A stretch of 63,205 bases of DNA, counting the filler, from Basidiobolus ranarum (taxonomy: Eukaryota): the NCBI GenBank assembly GCA_040143965.1. It is 19 parts of 19 records of this genome, joined end to end, with 100 filler letters (N's around TTAATTAATTAA, not from the genome) between each part and the next. Parts side by side here need not be neighbours in the genome. Positions count along the whole stretch, not along the records: positions 26,705 to 29,937 come from JASJQH010009502.1; positions 30,038 to 33,270 come from JASJQH010009503.1; positions 33,371 to 36,601 come from JASJQH010009504.1; positions 36,702 to 39,931 come from JASJQH010009505.1; positions 40,032 to 43,259 come from JASJQH010009506.1; 14 more parts are not named here. The stretch is one strand, 5' to 3'. Shown here one piece after another: positions 26,955 to 40,127 of this stretch. Below the pieces are notes generated by a model, which saw nothing but the letters and a program-made list of their open reading frames with translations, searched no databases and was not told the DNA's origin. How positions within the stretch are numbered: the first letter of the stretch is position 1; every line of letters starts with the position of its first letter. The translations under genes and the position numbers were made by a program.

Positions 26955-28170
26955 GATGGAAAGAGTCGATGTACAGCTCAATGAGAATCAAGTCGTTTAT
27001 ATATCTAGCCGCCACCTAGTACTCAAAGAAAAAGATGAACTAGAAACCGCTTACCATTGGTCATTTGGCTATGTGGGTTCCTAATTCACAACTATCCATC
27101 CATTGCCAATCAAGTTAAGCAGTAAATGCTTCTAAACATGAACGATAAAGCAGCAAATCGGGACGGCCCAGTGAAGATGTGTATAATTAGAATTTGGTCG
27201 ATACTTCTTTTACAGGAAACCACCCAACAGCGGGTCTAAACAAAGTTAGAAACGTGTACTATCCGAGAGGTGTAAATATCCAAACATGGTGTTCACAACA
27301 TGATAACTACTATATAGGGAGCTTTTAGCGCTTATCAGTGACTGTTTCAGCACTTTTGTTTATGTAAATAGTGCTCCTACTACCCTCACATTGTAGAATT
27401 CTCTTTCACGAAATTTCTCTAACACAATAATTGGTAGGTCCGATTAATCCAGGCCCTGTGAGGGAATCCCAATTTGGTTTATCCCCAACTCCTAGAATAT
27501 AAATCTACGATTTTAAAATAGAACTTACCACCTTTGGCCCAGTTAAACTGTTGACATGTTTGCTGTGACTTGATCTATTGACTGTTCTAATAGCTCCCGA
27601 ACTCTCGTTGATCTTGATACGGTTGATAATATTGCCTGGATAGTAGAATATCTTATCTTATCCTGCCACGACCAAGAGCCGATTGACACTATCAGCTGTA
27701 TCCATATGCTCAACTCACCAAGTCCATGGAGATACCGTGGATGTCTTAGGGTTAGGTGACAACATTACTAGTAAGCCTTTGGTTGGTGGAATTACGATAA
27801 TAAATATTATGGTTCATTTCCAAATACGATTCATTTAGAATCCATTTTACTCAGTGTCCATACCACTGTGTTGATTGTTTGCGATTTTGATTAGAGCTTT
27901 CGTGCTAATGGTAATCCGGTTCTACTCTTTGTGATTAATGAAAACCCTGTCCATCATGTTGTTAGCTCAGCAAATATGATTTTGGGGGTATCACTTGAAT
28001 GGCCTAAATTAAACTTTTTTTAGCTCACTAAACTTGTTAACCGCCACTACCAACTCGTTTCTCAAGTACCTTTGAAGTTGACAACCCACTACAGCAGCAA
28101 TAAGCAGTTTGACTTATTCGTAAAAAATAATAACAAATATTACGGTCCGGTAGAATTTTTCTAAACTAAT

Positions 28171-29937
28171 ATGGCGGAGGTTTGGTCTCTGGCTATGGCT
28201 TTCTTTTCTGGTGGCGCCTTTTTAACACCACTCATCTTTCTTACCATAACCTCATTATTCGTTTATTGGTGGCGAAGTCTTACTATTGACACTTCTCCAT
28301 CTTTAGCTACGCGTTTTGAGCCGTTATCAACTAACTTGGAGAAAGAGCCTCAAGAAAATGTTGTAACCTCTTGGAGCTCGAATTCAGGTTGGATACGTAT
28401 GTCAAAGGAGTTTAGAGTGGATCGTGAAGACTCGAATATCATCTCCGGTTTAATGATGCAAGGAATCAATAGCTTGATAGAAGGAAAACATGTGGGCCCA
28501 AAGCGACCAAAGGATTCCTATTTTGCAGTTCTCAAAAGTGAAACACTCTCACTATATGCTGACGAGAAGATGTTGGAACGTCAAGGGGTGATAACTCTTT
28601 CATTCTACAACGTCTCTCTCTATCCGTCGCATCTCCCAGATAATGAGGTTTTCCTGCCAGAACTACCCATCAGATTGAAGAAGAAAGTCGTAGAAGATTC
28701 CACGACAGAAGACGCGAAAAGTGACTATTACATTTTCATTAATACGCTCATTGAAAAAGAAGATTGGTTTTTCGCGTTGTGTAGAGCATCTAGATTGAAG
28801 CAGTGGGGAACCGCACATACTCTTTTCGACGAAAATCCGGCCAATTTCGAACCGACTGCAATGTTATTGCTGATAGAGAAGGTGCACTCAGATGAGCATC
28901 ATCGACAAACTCGATGGCTAAATGCATTTATTGGTCGAATATTCTTAGCAATATATAAAACTCAGGCTATCAAAGACTTCGTGACTCATAGGATACTGCT
29001 TAAATGCTCTAAGATCCCGCGTCCCTCATTCATCAAAGAATTGACTGTGAAGGATTTGCTACTTGGTGACAATGTTCCTTCAGTAACCCATCCGAAGCTA
29101 ATCGACTTGAACGCACTTGGAGAGATGAGTGCTGAGTTTAGAGTTCATTATAGCGGGGGGTTTGCTATAGAAATTGAGACTGCGTTGAATATTACGATGC
29201 CCCCATTCATCAACTCCCTCACCATACCAGTAAAGTTTGTGGTTCGAGTGAAAAGCTTGAAGGGTCGAATGCTACTTAAAATCAAGCCACCACCCACGAA
29301 TCGTCTTTGGCTTGGCTTCATAGATGATCCGAATATCTCCTTTGACATTGTACCCATTATTTCTGGTAAAGTCATACAATCCAAAGTAATTCTGAAAATC
29401 ATAGAGAGCCAGATTCGTACAGTGCTGAGAGAAGTCATGGTTTTGCCCAACATGGATGACACTGAATTTTTCCCATCTGAAGGATTGGGTGGGATATTTA
29501 ACTCTGCAGTAATCACCAAATTGCACCATGATGTGGCTCTACATCCTCAATCGGAAACTGAGGGAACGGAACATAGCACAATCAATCCCAATGAACTCAA
29601 GACTCCGACCAAGATGTTTGAATATCATATACCTGGTTATGACCATAACTCGGACCACAGTGAAGAGGAAAACGCTCCGGAATTTGATGAAAGCTCATTG
29701 ATAGCCCCTCAAATGCCACTAGAGATCCCGTTTAAAGATCCTTCAGAACTTACCGTCCCCGAAAAAAGTCACACAACCCCTGCTGTAGCTAGCTCTTCAA
29801 CTACAGATCTCACACCTAGACTTACCCCATCTAATACTGACGCGGGAAAAAGGAAATCCACCGATGACTTCATTCTAGAAGGAGGACTTCCTAACGTACC
29901 AGCTGTATCACGCGGGTACGCTATGGCTAAAAATACT
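28171..29937 (+). CDS. NVJ2: PH + SMP domain lipid-transfer protein, Nvj2/TEX2-like, 3' truncated
   Basis: N-terminal transmembrane segment, PH-like region (YFAVLK...EKEDWFFAL), SMP motifs WLNAFIGRIFL, KPPPTNRLWLGF and VMVLPNMDD. Confidence 0.88.
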
Positions 29938-30037
29938 NNNNNNNNNNNNNNNNNNNNNNNNNNNNNNNNNNNNNNNNNNNNTTAATTAATTAANNNNNNN
30001 NNNNNNNNNNNNNNNNNNNNNNNNNNNNNNNNNNNNN

Positions 30038-31790
30038 GGCTAATACCAAGTTTGATGTTAGACTGACTATATGGTGAATTGATATCAGAGATCTTGTTTA
30101 ACTCTGACTGTGCTCTTGATGGTAAAATTTTAAAGTTTAGCTTTGTATTTTGATAGTAGTAATTTGTATGCCTGATTGAGGAAACTCCATTGATTTAACA
30201 AAATCTACAGCAAGATAGTGCAATGTGCCCACAAAAACATCTACGTTTATGATGGCAGGAGTGTCACTAATACACACAAAGATATTAGCTTTAATAAGAT
30301 ATTCACCCACCTGAGCCTGATTGGATAACTGTTCAAATTTGATAATCCAAGGCTCCAATAAGGTATATATAAGCACTGGTGATTTAGGCCCAGATAAGAT
30401 GGAGGGTATCAAATTTTCATGGCTCTTATACCATTCAGAAGGAGGAAGATTTAAGTTACTTAAAAATGTTGGCCAGCAAGCCTTTCCAATGTTATTTTTG
30501 TTTAGTGAGAAACCATCCAGAGCCAATGCAAAAGCAAGATCATACATGTTCTCACAGAAACATTGACTTTTTGGATTCTGGTGGTGACATCCACCAAGTA
30601 TATTGTTAATGCCATCAGCTTGATGGTGAGTACTTTGGTATTGGATCAATGATCTATATTGGGGTGATTGCATCAAAACTTTAAGACAGGGAATCAACAA
30701 TGTGTCAGCCAAATATCAAAAATATTGACCTGACTCAAAGTATACAGCAAGGTAGTTCATTGTGGCCACAAAAACATCCAAGTTTACTAATGGCAGGAGT
30801 GTCACCAATACATATAATGATATTAGCTTTAACAAAATATTCACCCTTTGGAACTCTATTAGATAACCATTTAAATTCCACAATTAAAGGCTCCAAGAGG
30901 CTATCTATAAGCACTGGTGATTTAGGTCAAGATATAATGGATAGTATGAAAATATTATGACTCTGATACAGTCCAGAAGGAGGAAGATTTAAGTTACTAA
31001 AAATTATTGACCAGCTAGTCTTCCTGACTCTATATTAGTTTAGTGAGAAACCATCCAGAGCCAATGCAAAAGCATGTTCATACATGTTCTCCAAAAAAAC
31101 ATTGACTTTTCAGATTCTGATGGTGACATACACAAAGCATATTGTTAATGCCATCAGCTTGATGGTGAGTACTTTGGTACTAGATTAATGATATATATTG
31201 GGGTGATTTCATCAAAATTTAGATCTGGGAATCCACAGTATGTAAGCCTAATATGAACAATATTGACCTGACTCTGTGATTGCCAATTGTGTGAAAACAG
31301 TACATGACTTTGGGTTTTAGATCACTGGTGAAAGCCAAACAACCATTTGGAAATGAAGATAGTTTAATTACTGAAGAATTGTAAGTCATTCAACTGACAA
31401 GTGTTCTCCACTTGTACCAGATCTATGGCAAGTAACAGTGCCAATCTACTGTGGTAAATGATTAAGAAAACCAAAAAACACCTGGTTGCTAAGAATGGAT
31501 TGAACTTGCTACTCCTCAATAATCAAAGCTGCTTCCCTTACCGTATGTGTTATGAGTGGACTAATGTTTGCCAATAACAAAGAGTACATAACAAAACCTT
31601 CATCTTCTGATTTACTATCATCAGTACTGAAATAACCAAGGTCAACATCTAGCAGCATGTCCTCAAAGTTGTCTGGACTTACTGGTTCAACCAAAGTTGC
31701 ATTTCTACCTACATCATTCTGGTCATATTCCTGAGGTGACTCCATGGTATCTTAACTTTTGGTAGTGTTACCTAAGCTTTGAGGCAATGC
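30038..31790 (-). mobile_element. Degenerate CACTA/EnSpm (Transposase_21-like) transposase with an internal tandem duplication
   Basis: LALDGF...CWP...NLNLPPSE...LSGPKSP...SDTPA; segment of about 30229-30735 repeated at about 30765-31275. Confidence 0.85.
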
Positions 31791-31819
31791 ACACTCCACA
31801 ATGATACAAGACATTTAGA

Positions 31820-33270
31820 ATGCTGTAGATGAGCCACAGCAACATGCTGCTGCATCTGTCCATTCTCACAGAGGATTTCAATCAATCCCACACCATACAT
31901 ACAAATATCACCATGACAATCTAGCAGAGCAGAATATGTGTTAAACCATAAGTCTATACAACAGCCCAAAATTGCTAGGGCAATTTAGTGTAGAAATCTC
32001 ACAGAAAATCTGCAAACTAAAAGACTCTGAATGTCAGAGCTACCATCACTTGCTCTGATGATGAGTGGTTTAACATTTTGGAAACTGTGTACAATCTTAC
32101 CAGAAATGACCTGGATTTGAGCCATTTGTGAAAGAACCATAAATCAGGCATTACTCTGAAGGTTCTCAACTTATTTCATATGGCTTATCCTGGATTTTTG
32201 CAAGCAAATGGCAATTGGGCTAATATAGGCCCAATCATGAAACATCTCAAAAAAGTACGCAATTAACAAATTGGAAAAGAAAGAAAAGCAGCTAAAGTAT
32301 TCAAGATGCAGGAAGTTAATAAGCCCAAGTGAAAAGCAAAGGAGCTAGTCTGTTCAGGCTTTACTGTCCCTTTTACCAAAATCTTCACCATTATGAAGAT
32401 CTGTATTTCCAGAGTAAGATATCCAGGCAAAAAAATCTTAATTTCACCATGGAACCAGGTACACTAATTGGAGGAGTGCAAAATATGGAAGTTTATCTAA
32501 CACCTGGCACTTCTCAACAAGCCAAAACACCAGCAAGTAAAAGTTACAGCTCTCCAGCATCAACTGGTGCTTTTCCAAGTGTGGAAATTAGCCCTAAACT
32601 TGAAGGCAATCAAAGAGCCACAGTATCACCCCAAAGCACCCTTGGTAGTGTCACACCACAAAGATGTTTATAAATAGTCAAAGTGCTTGTGAAGTATAGT
32701 CAAAAGTAAAAGAGAAAACACAATGCAAGTATGCAGCAAGTGGCTTCAGAAGAAGAACATTCAACTTGACATTCAGTCTGGTGTTGACTGTGCAGATATC
32801 CAGGCAGAACTTCATATAGAGTGGCACAATATCACAGGGTATCTGCCAGATAGCTGGAAGAATGTTGATTCAGTAACATTAATAAAATGGTGGAGTTTGA
32901 TTGAGATATTGATACACACTTGTGTTGGATAAGAGCTAAACCTTAGGTATGAAGAACTCTATAAGAATATTCAGGAGAATATATCAAAGTAACCAAGAAT
33001 TTTAAAGGTGACAAATTAGCATTCAATTACTGTATATGTAAGATTTAAGTTACATTTGTTGCAGAAGTTTTGATCCACATTTCTCTGAGATTGTAGCCAA
33101 TCATGTGCAACTAATTTGCAAGATCTTGTAATTTCTCTCCTGAAAGTGAAAAATTGATTAAAATCAAATCTAACTCATCAACATTATGATGCCAAGTAAA
33201 TGGTCAATCCCAAATGGATTGAAATTGTGATAGTTTTCCTATGATAATAATTCTTGAATTTCTGTCAGAG
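31820..33270 (+). mobile_element. CACTA-type element ORF2 (divergent from the transposase) and terminus
   Basis: Reverse complement of about 20862-22250; the contig ends at TTCTGTCAGAG, a decayed TCTGTTAGGG. Confidence 0.75.
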
Positions 33271-33559
33271 NNNNNNNNNNNNNNNNNNNNNNNNNNNNNN
33301 NNNNNNNNNNNNNNTTAATTAATTAANNNNNNNNNNNNNNNNNNNNNNNNNNNNNNNNNNNNNNNNNNNNTGATTCAGTATTGTCACAATATCTCAAAAG
33401 ATTGATGTCTTGATTGTCACTTTGCTTAGATTAGTATTTAAGCTAAATAAAGTCTACACCATCTGGTGCTTTTCATCCCCCCCTAAGTGTTTAAATTGAT
33501 AAATATATATTACACCTTCTGGTGTTTATCATCCCCCCTAACCCTAACCTGTTCAAATC

Positions 33560-34640
33560 ATTTCAGTCAAGTGGATTTTCACATACTTGAAAGGTACAGT
33601 GGATCTGTGCTTAAAATACACATATTCTGCATCAAACTTTGATCTCATGGGATATTCAGTTGCAAATTGGGGAAGAGATATTAATGACAGGAGATCTACA
33701 GCAGGATACTTATTTCTTTGCTGCAATGGAGCTAATGTTGGTTAATTAATCTTTATTTAACAATATAGTTAACTTTAGTTGTGATACATATAGCAGAAAC
33801 AGAAAGCAATGCATCTATAGCCTCTATATTTTAAATAGGAATATCTCAATATCTATATAGCAAGTATGTCTTATTAACCCCACTTATCTATTATATGTTA
33901 TTACACAAACTCCTGAATATCTCAAACAGTTGTTTCACTTCTCTACTATATAAGTCACCATATACTCTTAAGAATGAAGTAACTAAAACATACTATCATA
34001 AGTTGCTTCTAATACCCAAAGTCTACCCCCATTATCTCCAATAGCTATTTCTTGGAATTCAAAGAAACAATCTACCATAGCACTTTTAACAATAGAAGCA
34101 GAATACATGGCTACCTGTAAAGCAACAAAAGAAGCAATATGGTTAAGAAAACTCTTAACAGATTTAGGTTCTTCTCAAAATTCACCAACTACAATATTTC
34201 AGGATATTCAAAGTTGTATCAAATTAGTTAGAATCCTATGTTTCATAATAGAAGCAAATATATAGATATTAAGCATCACTTTATTACAGAGACTATAGAG
34301 AATAAGTTTATTGACTGACTTATTGTTCTACAAAAGGCATGATTGCTAATATATTAACCAAGCCATTAGCTATACAGAAATTTGAGAAATTTAGGCATTT
34401 ATTAGGATTAGCTTATATGACTATTTTGTTGAGGGATAGTGTTGAAATTAGCATTGCCTAAACACTTATATAGTCAAATATAGCTTAGTACTTAGTTATC
34501 TTATAATTCACCAAGATATTATCCATTATTCTCATCAGGAATTTACTTGGAATATTTTTACCAACTTAGAAGTTCTCAAATATATAGATTTTTCAAAGAA
34601 GCCCCAAACTTTGCACACATGGTCCTGGGACCTTCCTAAC
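33560..34640 (+). mobile_element. Copia family 1 RNase H region, polypurine tract and partial 3' LTR
   Basis: DRRSTAGY, SWNSKKQ and EAEY motifs; GAGGGATAG precedes the LTR start at 34440. Confidence 0.9.
33736..34043. mobile_element. Solo LTR (family 2) inserted in copia RNase H
   Basis: TGTTGG...CCAATA flanked by GCTAA/GCTAT; removing it restores NGAISWNSKKQ. Confidence 0.8.
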
Positions 34641-35797
34641 CCCTAAACCTCTCTAAACTGGATGATAGGTTACTTAGTATTGAAGAAGGGCAAGACTAAC
34701 ATTGGCCCTACCATGAAATACACCCAAATATGTAACTTCTTAACAGAAAATATTGCATAAGTCTCCAAATACTTCAACCTCTCCATAGCCACACCAATTC
34801 ATTCCAGCCACTTAAAACAACGTATAGTGTTGACTCTTACCTTTTGCTTAGCTGCATGCACAACACGATCACAAAGTGCGTAGTCAAGTAGCACTGAACA
34901 TATTGGGCATTATGTTAGTGCATATAAAATTGGAATCCAGCAGATCAAAAGATGGCAAATATCTTTCCTCCCAGAAGTGTACTGTACTAACCTCCTATTG
35001 TCACACCAGGTCAACTATTGCGATGAATTCGGAACTTTACGAATACACTAGGCGAACGTGAGAGCCAATTATGTGGTAAATATAAACAGTTGTGCTGAAA
35101 TATCTTATCACAGTATGAAGGGTTCAATTCACATGATTTCATTTAATAGTACAAGCATATTGTCTTCAAGCAGTCGGATTATCTACTAGCTGCTGTTGCT
35201 CCTCTCATGTGACCTTCAAGAGTTCTGCTCATAAGCATAGTAAATATTGGGAACATCAGTTGAATTGCTCGATGTGAAAACGAGACCAATTCATGTTTCT
35301 TGGAGGTGTACAACATAGAAATCATGCTTCGAAGAATTCTACAACCCCTACATGACGCAATCTTGCCCATTATGGACGACAGCATGAATGCAAATCTGGT
35401 TTCTATAATATTGATTACTTGTGCCACCAAACACTAGTTAAATTCGGTATTGATGATTAATTACTGTTTGACAAATATAATGATTGTCCACTTCTTGACA
35501 GTAATTTCAATGGATTATTTGTGTGAGTGTCGTAAACCTGTTTTCCTCTTACAAGCCTCATTATTTCAGAGTAAATCACTGTCAAGAAAGATTTCAAGTT
35601 GCCATAATACAGCTTAAGTGGATTCTATCTCTCATCGCAATCAATAGTATATTATTTAATATGGTTCTTTTACTGATGAAAATCGTATAAATTAGTGGAA
35701 TACCAACAAAACCAACAATACATAGCTTGATATACTGAAATACAATACTTTCAACTTTCTAGCAGGCTAGCTGGTCCTCATTTCTATAGCTGATAAC

Positions 35798-36601
35798 ATG
35801 ATCTTCTCTAAGTCTTCTCTTCCTTGCTTCGCACTATTAGCGCTTGCTCCCTATGCTCTTGGGCATATGGAGATGGTTCAACCTCCCCCTCGTCAATCTC
35901 AGTATAATCCCACTTATAAAGGAACACCGGACTATGACATGTCTGCTCCGTTGGAAGATGGCCAATGGCCTTTTCCCTGCCGTGGTTTTGGGAGAGGTGG
36001 GATTGTTCAAACAGTCCAAGCTGGAAGTAGCATCCCGGTCAAGCTTGGCGGTGGTGCTCCTCACTATGGGGGACATTGCCAATTTGCCCTTTCTTATGAT
36101 GACAAAACTTTTGTCGTACTCAAGGATGTGTTTGATGATTGCTTAATTGCATCTCGTGAATACAGTATTCAGATTCCAGCTGGAGCACCTAGTGGTCGGG
36201 CGACTTTTGCTTGGGCTTGGATTAACAAGACTGGTAATCGGGAGTACTACATGAATTGTGCTGATATTCAAATTCAAGGTAGCCCATCGGGCTCCGTTAC
36301 TGGGCCCAAACTTTTGATAGCTAATCTTCCTGGATATGTAACCATTCCTGAATTTACCAGCGGTGGTTACAGTGGCAAGGATTTGTTTCCCAAGAGACCA
36401 ATTGTGAAAATAACTGGAAATGGAAGTAAGGTAGTTGCACCCGAGCCCTCAGCTCAAGAACCTACTGAACCAACTACCAATCCCACTAAGTCAACCCCTG
36501 TTATCGAGTCCACCGTACCAACAGTTACTCCTAAACCTGCCGAGCCTTCTACTCCTAAGCCCGCGGATAAGCCTATTTCACCTCCCGCTAATAACAATGC
36601 C
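35798..36601 (+). CDS. Lytic polysaccharide monooxygenase, AA11-like, with Pro/Thr linker, 3' truncated
   Basis: Signal peptide followed directly by His (ALG-HMEM), FPCRG, GGAPHYGGHCQFALSYD, GNREYYMNCADI, then a P/T/S-rich linker. Confidence 0.9.
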
Positions 36602-36701
36602 NNNNNNNNNNNNNNNNNNNNNNNNNNNNNNNNNNNNNNNNNNNNTTAATTAATTAANNNNNNNNNNNNNNNNNNNNNNNNNNNNNNNNNNNNNNNNNNN
36701 N

Positions 36702-37599
36702 CCTACATGGACTCCCTACAACTAGCATCTCTGACCAAGGACCTCAGTTTGCTTCCAAATTCTGGAAAAGTCTCCTCTATACCTTGGGTATCTCTGCTAA
36801 TCTCTCCACTGCCTTCCATCCCCAATATGATGGCCAAACAGAAAGAGTCAATCAGGTTTTGGAACAATATTTTGTATGCACTGTTAGACATAATCAGGAT
36901 AATTGAATTCAACTCTTGCCCCTTGCTGAATTTGCTTACAACAACTCTTATCATACTTCAACAAAACAAATTCCTTTCTTTGCAAATTATAGATTCAATC
37001 CTTTTTTCACAATTAACCCACTATGCAATCTACCTTGCCCTGCTGCCTAAGAATTTGCCACTTTCCTTAAGGATATCCATAAACAATTAATATCCAAATT
37101 GGAGCATGCTCAATCCCAATACAAGAACTTTGCTGATAAGAAAAGAAACTCATACCTAGATCTCAAGCCAGGAGATTACATATGGCTACTCCAAAAAAAT
37201 ATCAAGACCACTAGACCTTCTGATGAACTTGACAATAAAAGACTAGGGCCTTTCAAGATTATTAGGTAAATCAATTCAGTGACCATCTGTCTTGAACCCC
37301 CAGATCATTTCAAAGTCTGCAATATACTCCATATATCTCTCCAGGAGCCACATTCCAGAAACATCCTCCATGACCAATCCATTGACCCACCCCCAGCAAT
37401 CCAAGTAGAATAATACACAGAATATGAAGTTGGCAAAATTCTATATTCCAGAATTTATCAATGAAAGTTATAATATTTAGTCTACTGAAAGGAATACTTA
37501 ACAAATGATCTATCATGGGAACCAGCAAAAAATCTTTTCAACTCTAAAGAACATTGCCAGGAGTTTTGTGAAGCCTACCCAGAAAGACCTAGCCCTATG
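36702..37599 (+). mobile_element. Degenerate Ty3/gypsy integrase with C-terminal chromodomain (chromovirus)
   Basis: [41 protein letters not shown], then EYEVGKIL...YLVY...SWEPAKNL. Confidence 0.88.
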
Positions 37600-39931
37600 C
37601 CCCAACAGAAATTTGAGGATAGCTATCATAGGAAAACTGTCAGAATTTTAATTCATTTTGGATTGAGCATTTACTTACCATCATAAGATTGTCAAGTTAG
37701 ATTTGATTTTAATCAATTTTTTCAGTCTCAGGAGTGATATTTCAGGATCTTGCAAAATATTTCCACATGATTGTCTACAATCTCAGAGAACTAGGAATCA
37801 ATACATGTGCAAAAAACATAACTCAAATTTTACACATTTACCACTTGAATGCTAATTGGATATCTTCCAAATTCCTAGTTTCTTTGATATATTCTCCTGA
37901 ATATTTTTGTAGAGTTCTTCACATGCAAAGTTTATCTCATATCCAACACAAGTTTTATATCAATATCCATCAAAGCCCATCATTTTAGTAACATCACTGA
38001 TTCAATATTCTTCCAGGTATGTGGTGGATACCCTGCAATATTGTGCCACTCTGTATAAAGTTCTTACCAGATATCTGCATGGTCAACACCAGACTAAATG
38101 TCAGGTTGAATGTTCTTCTTCTTAAGCCATTTCCTGCATACATGCACTGTGTTTTCCCTTCATACTTTTGAAAATACTTCTGAGGCACTTTTACTATTTT
38201 CATACATCTTTGTAGTGTGACACTACTGAGGGTGGTTTGTGGTGTTTGTGCCGCTTTTTGCTTGTCTTTATTGGGAAAATATGGGCTGTCTGGAGGAACT
38301 TTAGAAAAGTGGAGTTGTGAATAGCTTTGTGAGATAATTGATAATTGTCCAGAAATAAAGCATTTACACTTTTTGGTGGAAATACTGAAATCTAACACTG
38401 GGGTTGTGTTCAGAACAGCTGTAGGAGTTAAATGAGCCATTTTTGGGGCAATTTGGACAAGTTTGAAATTTCCACTATGGAATCGCTAATTCTCACATTA
38501 TTCACATATATATAATATATACTCTGATTCCAGTTAAGTGATATTTGACTAAGTAATGTTAACTAACTTATATGTGATATATGAAAAAGTTAGGTGTTTA
38601 AAGATAGAGATAACAAATATGATAAAGACAATAACCTGCAACAGAAACCAAAAACTAGGTGTTACTCTGAAGGTTCTTGACTTATTTCAAGTGGCTTATC
38701 CTGGGTTTTAGCAAGCGAACAACAATTGGGCTAGTAGAGGCCTATTCATGAAACATCTCCAAAATTTATGCAATTATTAACTTGGAAAAGAAAGAAAAGC
38801 AGCTAGAAAAGTACTCAAGGAGCAGGAAGTTAGTAAACCCAAGGGAAAAGCAAAGGAGCCAGTGAGTTTAGGCTCTACTGTCCCACTTATCAAACTCTTT
38901 GCATCAATACCAAGATCTGCATTTCCAGAGTCAGAGATACTGCTAAAAAGCTTAATTTCACCACGGAACTAGGTACACCAGTTGGAAGAGTGCTACATTA
39001 GGAAGTTTATCTCATACCTGGCACCTCTAAACAAGCCAAAACTCCAGCTAATAAAACTCATAGCTCTCCAACCTCAACTGGTACTTTTCAAAGTGTTGAA
39101 ATTAGCTCCAAACTTAAAGGCAAGCAAAAAGCCACACAAAAACCACAATCCACCCTCAGTAGTGTCACACTACCAGGATGTACAAAAAAGTCAAGATGCT
39201 TGAGGAGTATTTTCAAAAGTATGAAAGAAAAAATGCAGTGCATGTATGCAGAGAGTGACTTCAGAAGAAGAACATTCAACTTGACATTCAGTCTGGTGTT
39301 GACTGTGCAGATATCTGGGAAGAAATTAATACAGAGTGGCACAATATTTCAGGGTATCTGCCAGATAGCTGGAACAATGTTGATTCAGCAACATTAATAC
39401 AATTGTGGGCTTTAATGGGGATATTGATACAAACTTGTGTTAGGTACAAGCCAAACCTTGGGTATGAAGAACTCTATAAAATTATTCAGGATAAAATATC
39501 AAAGAAACTAGGGATTTTGAAGGTGTCAAACAAGCATTCAAGTTGTAAATGTGTAAAACTTGCATTACATTTTTTGCACATGTGTTGAAACATAGTTCTG
39601 TGGGATTGTAGCCAATCATGTGCAACTATTTTGCAAGATCTTGAAGCTTCACTCCTCAAACTGAAAAAATTGATAACAGATATAAGGCAGATACAGCAAC
39701 TGTGCAAAGATTTTTTAATTGGATGTGAAAAACTTTATTACAGGTTTAAAGAAGATTGACTAAATCTATGCTGGTCTTCAATACATTCCCTGCTGCATCT
39801 TTCACAATGCTTAGAGATTATAGGCCCTTGCTATATATTCTGGGAGTTCCCAATGGAGCGCACCTGCAGTGAAATGATGCTCCATGTGAAATTGTTAGTA
39901 TTACCATATGCTAATCTGATTAAAAATGTAT
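37600..39931. mobile_element. Rearranged CACTA-type fragments: terminus and ORF2 (-), ORF2 (+), transposase C-terminal region (+)
   Basis: CCCCAACAG terminus at 37600; IHSLLHLSQCLEIIGPCYIFWEFPMER at 39781-39861 matches the CACTA H.L.H...GP...W.fp.ER motif. Confidence 0.82.
38269..38643. repeat. Full-length LTR, family 3, without a target-site duplication
   Basis: TATTGGG...GCAACA; matches 13157-13263 and 22985-23271; the flanks GTCTT and GAAAC differ. Confidence 0.75.
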
Positions 39932-40033
39932 NNNNNNNNNNNNNNNNNNNNNNNNNNNNNNNNNNNNNNNNNNNNTTAATTAATTAANNNNNNNNNNNNN
40001 NNNNNNNNNNNNNNNNNNNNNNNNNNNNNNNAA

Positions 40034-40127
40034 ACCCCCTGCTTTCTTTTTTACATGGGGGATTGCATCCCCCATACCCCCTGCTTTCTTTTTATACTGG
40101 GAGGACTGCGTCCCCCAGACCCCCTCT
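40034..40127. repeat. Tandem GC-rich hairpin repeat, unit about 45 bp
   Basis: GGGGGATTGCATCCCCCATACCCCC and GGGAGGACTGCGTCCCCCAGACCCCC, each preceded by CCCCCTGCTTTCTTTTT. Confidence 0.7.
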
